Source: Amoebophrya sp. A120 (lineage: Eukaryota; Protista; Dinoflagellata). From it: DNA of 64,000 nt. A model generated the notes under the pieces. The model had not been told where the DNA came from. It made no database searches and worked only from the letters and a program-made list of their open reading frames with translations. The stretch spans positions 2,662,158 through 2,726,157 of the forward strand of contig CAJINV010000013.1 in NCBI GenBank assembly GCA_905178155.1, written 5' to 3'. The translations under genes and the position numbers were made by a program. Within the stretch, counting starts at the first letter, position 1; every line of letters begins with the position of its first letter. Of the stretch, positions 1 through 11,400 are shown one piece after another.

Positions 1-2019
1 GATCTTCTCCTTGACAATCGTCCGGGCGGCGTCCACGGTATAAAATGCAAAAGTGTCTGGGTCTGGAAGAATGCATGTTTGTCATGCTTGTCCGGTATGA
101 CTCTTAAATCTGTCATGCACTGTACCCAAGAGCTCCATTGTTCTGTGATGCAGAAACGCAGTTTGTCATGCAGATTAGGCAACACCTAGAAGCTCAGAAA
201 CTTGTCATGCTAAGCCAGCAGTTGTAGCCTCATCATGACCATGAGACGCCACCCAGCATCACAAGTTTCCAGACCCAGACACTTTTGCAATGCATACACG
301 GTGGGATCGGGCAGTTCGGCTTCCAGGTCGAACACCGGGCGGTCGAAGAACTGGGAGGAGAACTTGGCCTTGTGGTTCTCGAAGCTGCTGGTGGACATGG
401 TGAACATGACCGGGCGGCGGTTGGACGGCCAGGTCACGTTCTTGATCACGTTCTCCAGGTTTTCCGCCGGCAGCTCCGTCTTGGCGTCGCGGGTGGTCGA
501 CTTCTTGGTGGCCACGTTGGCGTCCGAGGGGATGCACTTGGAGATGAAGTTGGTCAAGTCGCCCATCGCGCCCATGCACTCCTTCTCGTCCAGGCCCGCA
601 TCGCCCGCCAGGTGCCCGAACGCCTGCTGCGGCGCGCAGTCCTTCTCGTACTTGTCCTTCAACATGGCCACTATGCATTGCAAAAGGATGTTGGGATCTT
701 CGCACGCGTGGTACTATAAATTGTCGTATCACAAATTTTTTTTTTATTTCAGAAGGAGATGAAATAATTCCTCCTGGGATTGTTTGATGTTATGCAGATT
801 TTTGGTCACAAGTACCGCGACGTGATTCTGTCAATATCTGCACAGGAGCATGCTTTCAATTAGTACCTACCACTACTAGTGCGACATCACAACTTCTGCC
901 GGGAGGATAAACATGGCGTCGATCTCCGCCTTGCCGGCGGAGGCGAAGGCCTTCCAGGCGGAAGACTTGCCACCGTTGCCCGCAGCGTCGTACTGGCCGT
1001 ACAGCTTGTACAGAACACCGTCCGGATCCGGGTAGAAGTCGTCGGCGGCGACGATCTTCAGCATGGTCGGGGCGCCCTTCCACCCGGAACCCACCAGGGT
1101 GTTCAGAAAGCCCATACCTGTTTTTTATTTTTGTCAGCATGATGGGTAGAAGAACTCAAAGGAACGAGTTGCGGACGGCAAGCGTCGACGTAACAAATTG
1201 TAGGCTCTCCCTGGTTGTGCTGTATTCGCATGAAATACGTTGTAGAAGAAGAAGTTCTCGGGTGACGAGATAGAGATATAGAAAAAAAGCGTTGTCGCCG
1301 TCGCACGAAGAAACTTTATTATACCCAAGATCCCCGCCTCGATGGCGGTGCAGAACTCCGGCTTCGAGTTCAGCGTGGCCGTGATCATCAGGGTACGGAT
1401 CTTCAAATCCGCCGAGTAGCCCGCAGCCGTGTCGACTGCGTTCCAGTCCTCGGCGCCGTGGGTGCGCTCCTTGTGCTTGAACAGCGTTTCACGCACTTTC
1501 GTCACGAAGGACTTGTTGAAGCCCAGGTGGCGGGGGTCGAACAGGATCACCACCTTCTTCAGGTTCGCCTTGGAGCACTTCACATCACCCGAGATGGCGA
1601 TGGGATCGCGGTGGGAGGCGGACGGCGACCAGAATTGGATTCCTGTTTTTCGTTGTTCACGTCGAGAATGTTGAAAGTGGAATTCATTGCTACTTCATTT
1701 TACGACATATCTTTATACAACTTTCAAGTAGATCTTGCTGCGTTGGCACATTCCCTATCTGCATGCGCGTTGACTACACATAAACACATTCTGTTTACAG
1801 AAACGAATAAGATTGGCAAAAACCCTAAATCCTAAAACCCTAAAACAGAAACATTGACATTCCAGAAATACCGGTTCCATTGGTCCACGGGGCCGGGGTC
1901 TTCGCCGCACCAGCCGGGGGCGCTCCCGCAGCGGGGGCAGCAGCGGCCTTCGGGGCCGGAGCCGCGGCGGAAGGAGAGGCCGGAGCCGCTCCGTTGGCAG
2001 TCGATGCACCACAACCCAT
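1..2019 (-). CDS. Multi-exon hypothetical protein with N-terminal MGCGAS dual-acylation motif (3' end runs off the window)
   Basis: Manual splicing gives exons 2019-1872, 1642-1325, 1117-888, 668-297 and 33-<1. Introns 1643-1871 and 1118-1324 are GT-AG; 669-887 and 34-296 are non-canonical. The joined frame is continuous: MGCGASTANGAAPA...GTG|IQFWSPS...ILG|MGFLNT...PAEVV|AMLKDK...PDPTV|DAARTIVKEKI. Confidence 0.75.
39..296. mobile_element. Introner, family A (258 bp; TIR core TGTCTGGGTCTGGAA; TSD CACGG)
   Basis: TIRs tataaaatgcaaaagtgtctgggtctggaa / ttccagacccagacacttttgcaatgcata. CACGG occurs at 34-38 and 297-301. Removal restores PTV-DAAR. Confidence 0.9.
672..887. mobile_element. Degenerate introner-derived non-canonical intron (one family-A-like end TATGCATTGCAAAAG retained)
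   Basis: The left end is tatgcattgcaaaag and the intron is flanked by a CAC direct repeat (669-671, 888-890). Removal joins PAEVV-AMLKDK. Confidence 0.6.
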
Positions 2020-3265
2020 TTTGGAGAGAGGAGTTGGTTTTTTTTGAAATCAAAGACTTCAAAAAGTTTGTAGTTTTGGTGAGGTAGTTTGTTCCTTGCG
2101 GAAGGTTCTTTGGTTTGTGAACGTAGTAGTGTTCGTTAGTTTTTGAAATTTCGAGTTAGTACAGACTTGTACGCGTGGTTGGAGAGTTTGTTGTTTGAAA
2201 GCGGTGGAGGGAAGTTGGAGTGCTAGTTGAGGTTGATGCCTTTGCAACGAAAAACTTTCGCACAAAAGGACAATCACTGGAGTTGAGTGTTTTTTTGAAT
2301 AGACCATATTGTACTCAAACTAGAAGTAGAGAAAACCACGATAAAAACGACGGTGTCACGGTTTGGGCACGAATAAGGGACGAAGAGTTTATTTTTACGA
2401 TAATTATCACCGAGAGATAAGTACTTTCTCTTTTGCACGATTACGATATAAAACCGAGAATCTTGGACGAGCATCAAAGCTGCATGCGCATGGTGAGGTT
2501 CTTAAGTCTATTTTTGTGTACGTACCGAACAGTAACGCCTATTTCGGTCCGGATTCATACCGAAGAAATTATTGCAGTTATGGTCCATACCGAACGCGAA
2601 ACTACTTCCTGACCGAAGTGCTCGGAGATGCGAAAGCGCGCCAGCAATCGGGCCTCCAGCTAGGCCGTTCTAGCTGAGGCAGCAAGAGCAACAGGCACGG
2701 CCTCGGTGCTGCAATTCTTGGCTACACGAAAAATCACATATTTTTGTTTGTACTTTTTCACAAATTGTAGTGCGACGATTGTTAGTGTCATACGTTGTGA
2801 TGGAGTTGCTTGTACTTCATTAGTTGTTTAGAAAAGTAAACGACATACTTGTACTTCTATTTGGACGTATGATTTCTGTGATCATCGTCACTTAGAATGT
2901 GCTGCGCCTGCACATTTGTATCTTGACAAATGTCAAAATAGGGCTTGTAAAGCAGGAGAGAATACCAATAGCAATACGACAGAGAGAAAATGCACGAAAG
3001 CGATACCGAGATTTGTTTTTCAAGGAATTTACATGTGGATTGTTAGTTAGTTTTGTGTGTAAGCAAAGTTTCAACAATCAAAATATCTGCATGATTCGAT
3101 AGATGTTTTCGAATTCATTTCCACTTCCAGCTCGTGAATGATACATCAAGGAGGGAATTGGAAACTACACACATTCATCAGCAACAGCATTACTTTACAG
3201 AGCAGCTTTTGTATCTTTTTTCACTACATCAACAAGAAACGCCGCAACGAAGAAGCTGCTACAAC

Positions 3266-4276
3266 TTACACGGGCGAATAATGCTCCGCTTCAGAGAGGT
3301 CGTACTCAGAGTCCGAGCCGGATTCGCTCAAGCTGATCGACTTATTTATTTGCCGTTTCTTCCACGGGCCGAAGTTGATAGGGTTCAGGTTTTTACACTT
3401 CGCGAACCTGCTCTTTGGGCCCGCCGTGCCAAATTTGATGTTTGTCGGCGGTGTTTGCAGCATTTTTCGGGTGCAGAAAACTTTCAACATTCTCCGAAGC
3501 ACAACGTACAAGGAGACAAACAGCGCCAGAACGCCGAAAAGCAACATGTGGTCAGAGACACCAGAGTAAACGACTTGGCCGACGGAGAACTGCTGCTGCT
3601 GGTCGTGCGAGACGGTTCTTTTCACCATCCCGTTGATGGCGGAGGTAGACATAGACTTCAAAGAATCTTCACCACCTGAAATTTGCATGCGCTGAGGATC
3701 TTCATCTGCTCCCCGCCCTGGTGAAGATCGCTCTTGAGGTCCTCCTGCCAGTGAGTTGTCCTCAGCATCGACCCGGTCAACATGATCTGGCAAATAAACA
3801 GGCGCTTGGGTCGTTTCTTGTTCATCTTCTTGCAGACCTGGACGTAACACGGGAGGCTGCGCTTCGTCTCCGAGTGCGAAACCAAAGGCCTTCGTTAGGA
3901 AGGAGGCCGGGTCCTTTGTTGAGTAGTTTATCCAGGAACTCGGACTGGTGCGCCGCGCCAACTTCCGAGGCCGAATGTCATCATCTGCACGGTCACCTTC
4001 GCCGGGATGAAAGTGCTGAGCGGTTCTTGCTTCGTCCGCCGAAGAAGTCTCAGCGTGAGGATCTTGCTTTTTTGACAAAATCCTCGCAGATGACGCACCG
4101 CCGCCGGAAAACGCGGTAGGCCTTCTCGCCGGCCCAGGGAGGTGAGTTTCGTCGGCAAGATGAAGACCGGAATCGACCTGCTCTGGCGTGTGGGAGGAGA
4201 GTTCCGCAGAGTTAAAGGCGTTTTTTAGGCGTCCGTCCGCGGCGGCACTCACTTCCTTGTCTTCAGCCGCAGACAT
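3266..4276 (-). CDS. Hypothetical single-exon protein (336 aa) with one hydrophobic TM segment near the C-terminus
   Basis: Uninterrupted ORF with MLLFGVLALFVSLYVVL followed by basic residues. No family recognised. Confidence 0.6.
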   Translation of the reverse strand: MSAAEDKEVSAAADGRLKNAFNSAELSSHTPEQVDSGLHLADETHLPGPARRPTAFSGGGASSARILSKKQDPHAETSSADEARTAQHFHPGEGDRADDDIRPRKLARRTSPSSWINYSTKDPASFLTKAFGFALGDEAQPPVLRPGLQEDEQETTQAPVYLPDHVDRVDAEDNSLAGGPQERSSPGRGADEDPQRMQISGGEDSLKSMSTSAINGMVKRTVSHDQQQQFSVGQVVYSGVSDHMLLFGVLALFVSLYVVLRRMLKVFCTRKMLQTPPTNIKFGTAGPKSRFAKCKNLNPINFGPWKKRQINKSISLSESGSDSEYDLSEAEHYSPV

Positions 4277-5497
4277 GGTGGATCAAAAACGTTCTCGTGC
4301 TGGTCGATGTGTACCTGAAGAACTGAGAATGCTCTTCCCTGTGAATGTGATACTGCGAGGGAATAAGAAATGCAGAAAACAAGATTGGGAAAACGAAAAC
4401 AGTGCACAGGTATTTATTCAATCCTCATGTTATTTGGAGTAACAATTCAAAATGGGTGCTAGACATCTTGGGACTTTTGGTCAAAGAAAGATTGCCATTC
4501 ACCACTGGATTTTTGATGGAAAGAAGCTGCTACGATCGGACAGAGAGACAGAAAGAGAAAGCAGATAAACATAGAGAGGACTCTGGCAGTTTCAAAAATA
4601 AACTCAGACCGACACGGCACGACGAAAATGACGTAAAAATCCTCAAAAATCTGGAACAACAGAAATCGCCACTATGCACAGAACGCGCAACCGAAAGACC
4701 ACGACAAGACCGATAAGTATGTACTGAACGACATCAAATTGTAGCAGGCCTCGTCCAACCGAACTTTTTATTGCGGGAAGGCTGACCGAGGATCATGCCA
4801 CAGTCCGACGCGTTGTGGAGTACAGGGCTGATGCTGAGCGTTCTTGAGTGCTACGAGGACTAACAGAGACATCCTGTGTAAGATGAAAACATCACAACCA
4901 ACCGACGTATTGGTATTCTCGTAGCGGTCACAGAAAGATTTAGTCCGCAAACCGACCGTTTGTTTCGCGCTAATGCCAACGCAGACGCTCATGATCATTC
5001 TCATCTTCGCGATTCCTGTGCGAACAGCAAACACGGTCGAGATTTCTCTTCCGACCGACACAAAGGAGTACCATCAGGCAAGACTATACAGAAACGTAAA
5101 CATTTAATGTGGATTCCAAAGCACTCCTACCTCTGGTAGCAGGGCCGGATCGCAAGCATCTTCATCTAGGCTATATGAGAAGGAAAAGTTGACTCTGGAT
5201 GGACTCTTGTCGTAGTGTAGATGGATTACTGTATAGAATTGGAAATTGCACGTAGGTCAAGATTTTTTTACTTTGTACTGTACAGGAGAGCCAGAAGTAG
5301 ATAAAGGCTCATGCTTATGTACAGAAACGTCGTGTACAGGGTCACTACAACTAGTGTTCCTGTTACATTGCAGTGTACAACGTAGGTACAAAAAAGAGAG
5401 TCGTATTTCGAATTTCATTTTCAATTTCAAAAAAAACGCTTGCAATTTTACGGTTTTAATTTCATATTTCTTGTCCTTCTACAGGCTTTATTTTGGC

Positions 5498-8400
5498 CTA
5501 TTTCTTAAACCTTTTCTGAAAGATTTCCTTCCCCTTCTCCGCCATCTTTTCCCGTTCCACTATTCGGGTCTTTTCCAGTATGGTCAAGTCCCCCTTTTTA
5601 CTTCTATCTGTCCGCATCTGTTGCAGCCTATCTTCTTCCTCTCTCTGCACAGCACTCGCGGTCGCTGTCGCCTGACTTGCTGCAGCATTGTTCACTCTGG
5701 AAGCTCTGGATGATGAAGCTCCTCCTGCCAATGCACTACTACTGCCGTTTGCTGCAGATAGAGACAGGTGTCGAGCGCGCGGTGGTAGGGAACTGGAAAA
5801 CTGCTGCTGTTGTGGCTGGGGAGTCGAGGAGGCGGAGATTGTTGTCGTTGGCGAGGTGATGCTCGCCCGGTTTTTCGGAATCGCAAACCGCTCAGACGTT
5901 GCTGGAACCGGTCGGGAAAGGATTCTCGCCAGTTCTTCCGCGGCCGTGGTGGCCCGGGCGGCTTTCGACGCTTCCGATTCGGCATTGGCCGTTGCCGTCG
6001 GCTCGATGTGCGACGCGGTGGAGAAATGCGTGCTCAGCCTCTTTTTCGGATCAATATTCAGCTCGGAAGTGCGCCGCTCTGTCGATAGGGTAAGGGACTT
6101 CTTGCGGTTGCTGGTGCTACTAGCGCTCGATGGCAAAGTTTCTGCATTGTTGTCGACGTTTCTCATCTCAACAGCCGTTCTGATTTCCTCGGCAGTGATG
6201 TTCAAATTTCTGTCGGAGAGAGGAGATGAACCAGTTTCCCTTTCCGGCGGAGAAAAAGCGACTGACCGCTTGTTGTTGGAGCTTCCGCTCCTACCGGACG
6301 TTGCTGCTGTTGCGTTAGTACCGCCATCTAGCAAAGACCCTTTCGAACTGCTGTTGGTCAGTACCGAGACCGGTCGGAGGTCAGAAAGATTCGTCTCCAT
6401 CAGGGGCGTCTCTAGGAAACGCTTCTGCTCCTCGGTCAGGAAGGAGTGTTGCGTGGCTGTCCCGGATCCAGTGTTCTCATCTTGCTCCACATCGTTCTGC
6501 CTCATGTTCCTCGCTGTCGGTTGGTCGAGTAACGCCTGTGTTAAGGGAAGAAGCTGCCCCGTCTGGTAGTTGTACTCTTCTTCTATTTCGTTCTTTCCCC
6601 GTGTTGAAGAAGATGATCCCTCCAGCTCGCGTTCCTCCCCCGCAGCGGCCACCGAGGTCAAAAAGTCTGCCCTCTGTTGCAGCTGCCGCACCTCCTTTCT
6701 GCTGGTGCTGATCGCGGACTTCGCACTGGCGCACATTTCCAACAGGGACAAATACCGATCCCTCTCCGAGGATTTCGTTCTCTCGTTCTCCGTCTCCTGC
6801 TCGAGAATCCGGTCCCTTAAATCCTGTTTCAACTTCTGTTTTTCCAAATCTAATTCGTGCTTCTTCATGCGCAGCACCTCGTCCGCCTGTTTTCGCAGTT
6901 GGATGATCTCCTCGTTCCGCCGCAACTCCGCGATCGAGTGCTTCTGCATAAACACCTCATCCACGTCCGGCCGGTTCAGTTGCTTCGGCGTCTTCTGGTA
7001 GATGTAGTCGAGATCCACTAATTCCTGGTCGCGCGGAGCAGAGATAGTAGATGTTCTTGAACCTCCGCCTCTTTTACTACCTTGTCTTCCGCGCGATGGG
7101 CCGGGAGGAAGTAGACTGTTTTGCTGTTCGCGGCTCGTCACTCTACTTCTTGCGGTTTCTCTACTTGTGGTAGTTGCGGGTGCAGCACGAGAACTACTAC
7201 CTGTAGGCCCGCGAGACGACGAACCCCTGCCCTGCGAAATAACTCTTGTGTCTGCAGCTCCACCCGCGGACGACCGTCGCCCACCCGCACCGGTACTGCC
7301 GTAAAAATTGTTCTGCTTCGGGCTGGCGCTTCTTGAACTCCGTGTAGTATTTCCACCCCTGTAGCTCCCAGCGGGACTGGAAATCGACCTTGCGGCATTC
7401 ATATTATTTCCCAAAATATTATTCCCCGTCGATATCCTGTACCGATTTGACCCGGGCGGGCCTTGCTGCACCACAATCCCCAGCGAGTTCTTCAAGGAAT
7501 TGCTATACGCGTCTGCAAACACCGGACTCTGTAGTTCCTCGTCGTCCAAATCAATCTTCTCACGCATCAGTCGGATCCGTCCATTGATCTCCTCCTGTCG
7601 GAGAGATTTATCTAACGACATCTCCTGCAATACCTCGTCCTCTTTCAACTTCAGCAGCTTTTGCACCTCCTTCAGCCGCTGCTCCTGTACGGCGTGCTGC
7701 TCGCGGTTTCGCATCTCTTCCAGCTCCAACTCCGCCTTCCGCCGCAGATCCGCGGCTTCCTCCATCGCTTTCATCTCAATCAACTCCTGCTCCTGCTGTT
7801 TCACCCGCTCCTGCGCTAGTCTTTCCTCCTCTTTCAACCGTCTTTCCTCCGCCGCGAGGCGGTGCTGCTCCTTTTGCTTGATCAGCTCCTCCTCCTTCCG
7901 GCACTCCTCGAGGAACTCTTTTTCCTTCCTCTCGTGCCGCGCCTTCAGGGTTCCGGTCTGGAAAAGGTGGAGGATCCGGTGCTGCAGATTGTACTCCGCA
8001 AAGTTCATAGCCTTCAGCATCCCCGTGGTTTCCAGATCGAAAACTGCTTTGTTTTCCCGCGTTCGGAACACCAGCAGTTGCCACCGGTAGAACGTGTTCT
8101 GCAGGGCGTACTTCTGGCCGTGGAGCGGAATCGCGGACTGCGGACAGGGGTTGTTCTCGAACAGCTTATGCAGATAACTCCCCCACTTCGTCACCAGCTG
8201 CTTCTGCCGCTCCTGCCGACCTGACTTCAGCACTTTGATGGCCCAGCGGTAGAACCAAACGCCGGTCTCGTGCTTTTTCTGATGGAACGCCTGGATCATC
8301 AGGGTGGAGCGCGAGGCGACGTGGGTCACCGCCACTTTCCCGTCGAGCAACGCGAGCGGGGAGTTCTGGCTGTTCCGGCCCGCGAGGGACGCGCGACGGA

Positions 8401-11400
8401 TGGACGCGGCGCGGGAGTTGTTGTTTCTGGATAGTTGTGCGCCGGGGGAAGTGGTGTTTCTGTTCGATAGTTGCCTGGAAGAAGAGGAATTGTTGTAGCT
8501 GTTTATGTCCAGGTAATTGAACGACAATTGCTGCTGTCTTTCTTCACTGGAATCTTCCAAACCTCGATCGTCTTCCTGGTAGAACAGGACCGAGTTCTTG
8601 CGCTCTGGCCCTTTGATGCTCAGAAGCTTGCCGTTCGAGGTATTTCCATTGCCTGGACTCCTACTTTCCAAAAGAGTCGGCGCGGCCCTTATACTGTTGC
8701 TCAACATCGCGTGGCTGTTTATGCTGTTCAAATGGTACTCCAAACTGTCCTCTTCATCAGCTATTTGATGTCGTGCGGAGGTGGACCTTACTCTACTGTT
8801 ATCGCCTATGAGAGAGGTTCTCGAATTCCCGGTCTCAAACCGTTCAATCAAGTTCCTCGTACTGTTAGTTTTGAAGCCGCTTTTATTTTCCGACAAGTCT
8901 ATCTGTTCAAGTAACCCGCTGTTTGCCGAGTGGAAATCGTCCGAGCTTGTTTCGGGGGCTCCCAGCGCTCTGTCGTTCCTTATCGACGACCTCGCGTTGA
9001 ATCCGGATTCTAACCGCAGAGAACTAGTGTCTTGCAGCTCCTGGTCCTGGTCACTACAGAAGGAGCTACTACTTGTACCTCTATCGTCACCGGTATTTTC
9101 CCCGTAGAACAGCCCGTTCGCATAATACCCCTGACCACCACTGACGGTCTGCCTGCTGCTTCGTCTCGCGCGGATTTCTTGTTGCACGATTCGCTTCTCT
9201 TCGCGTTCCTCCTTACTAATGTTCTGACTCAGGCTCTTCCGCCGGAAAAAACTACCCGGACCGGCGAGCTCGTCGTCCTCTCTGTCTAAGTTGGAAACCA
9301 AATTGGCAATGGGGGCGGTGGTCGACATTGGAGTTCTCATATTGCTGCCGGAAGATTTCCTCGTTCGGAGGCTATTATCCGCAGCAGGAGCTCCAGGAGG
9401 ACTATTTGGCCCACCTTGTGCACCTCCTGGCACTCTGAGACCCGGACTATCCCCACCTGGTCCTACACCTACCGGCACGCCTTGTATTAGCTCTTCTCTG
9501 TAGGCCATTTCTATCCTTGGCACTATTTCGGTGAACACCCCGACCGAGTGCGCGCGCCATTCCCTTAAGTACTGTCTCTTCGTTCTCCGCTCGTCGCGGG
9601 AAACAAGGATGAATAATTTGTCCCGCATCTTTTTCATCTGCTGCGTCAGCTGCTTCCATGCGATCAGCTTCGGGTACAAAAAGAACTCCTTATCGTTGTT
9701 CTCGAACTGCCGGCTGATGTGCAAGTGCATCTTCTTCTGTCGTTTCCGCACCTCGAAGGTCCGTTTCCACTCCTTGAAACAGTCCTGCACGAACCCGTCC
9801 TGCAAGTCCTCCCACTTGCGGCCCAAAACCCGGCCCAAGTCCCTGCGGAACTTCTGGCAGAGAATCTCGCTCTGCATGTTCTGCAAGGAGACCTGGTTCT
9901 GTTTCTTCTCGTGGATCAGGTGGTTCCAATGCACAAAACACTTGTACGCGGCGATGGCGGACTTGTAGGTCCCGATGGTTTCCAACTGCTGCCGCAGGAC
10001 GTTGTTCCGCTTTCTCCTCTTCACCGCCCAGATCCAGGTGCGGAAAACGAACTCCTGGTCGTACTTCTTCATGAAGTGCCCGCACATGTTTTTGCAGGAC
10101 GCGGAGTACTTGATCAGCAGCGCCTGCTTCTCCGTGATCGTTCGCTCCGCCACCGTGATCTTCCGCCACGCTTCCAATGCTTCCTTGGTCAAGTACGACT
10201 TCTGCGTCTGCAGCATCATGGAAACCGCGGAGTCCCGGCTGTTCAGGTTTTTCTGCTTCTTGTACCACATCTTCCACGCGTTGAACGCGGAATGCACTAA
10301 GCCCTGTTGGAAGTTCTGCTGCATCAACTGGGACGTTTTCGTCTGCGACTTCGACTTGAATTTCGCCACTTTCTGGATGTAGTAGGCCCAGCCCGTGAAA
10401 CACTGCTTGATCAAGCCAGAATTGTACGCGTCGCACTGGTTCCCGACCATGAGGTATCAACTGTAAAAATGTCTGGGTCTGGAAGAATCCGACTTGTCAT
10501 GCTAATTTTGGATTCTAAAAAAATCTGTATTGCATGAGCAGCAAAGAGAGTCCAAGTTTTGCTACACGGAAAGAGCATCTGTCATGCGGTATAGGCATCA
10601 GGAAGCCCTCACAAAATCTGTGATGCTAGGGCATGCGTCACAGGTATCAGGAGTCATGCAAAATGTGCATGACAAACCTGGCAATCTTCCAGACCCAGAC
10701 ATTTTTACATTTGATATGAGGGCGGCTTTTCTCTTTTGCTCGTCGGCCCGCTCCTCCCGCTTTTTCCTCTGCTCGTCCAGCATGTCCTGGTGCTCCTTCT
10801 CGATCTGCTCGCGCCGACGCGTCTGGACGATCTCGCGGGTGTCGGTGGACTGTAATTTGTTGTAGTTGCGTTTTGAATGGAAATGGCTCGCTGAAAATGT
10901 AGCCTCTGCCCGAAATCTTTAAATAATGTTCAGTTCAGCAAGGAAGGTAGGAACTCACCTCAAAACTAAATGCTATTGCTAGTTCAAAACTCCTATACAA
11001 AAATCATTCATTTCCCTTACCCAAGCCTTGAAGCATTCCGACAGCAGCCCGGTTGTTGTCGCAGTGGCCATGTTTTTCCCGACTTTTTCCTTGAACGCCA
11101 GTTTTTCCCGTTTTTGCTTTTCCTCGCTCAAATACCGCGACCAATTTGTGAACATGACCTGCATTTGGCTCGTGTTGGACTGTTGCGTGAATTTGAACGC
11201 CAATCTTTGCCGGTTTTCCAGCGCCTGCGCCCCTAGTTTTTTCTCTTTCTCCCGCTGCTCCTTCTTCGCTTCCACCTCCAACGCGTGCCAAAAGTGGAAG
11301 CAGGTCCGCAGCATGAACAGATTCGCGTTCTTTTTCATGGACTCGCCGAGGAACTCCTGGATTTTCGTCTTTTCCGACAGTTGCGCGGATAAACTTTGTG

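Noticed and set aside
1819-1846. Telomere-like CCCTAAA repeats in an intron (similar short bits at ~42530 and ~43691)
   Set aside because: There are only 2-3 imperfect copies, too short to call an interstitial telomere.
10530-10865. Recurring peptides (e.g. PDPDIFTFD, MSGSGR, IVKVEIV, IPPPHIE) as a small protein family
   Set aside because: They are translations of introner TIRs and interiors, not genes.
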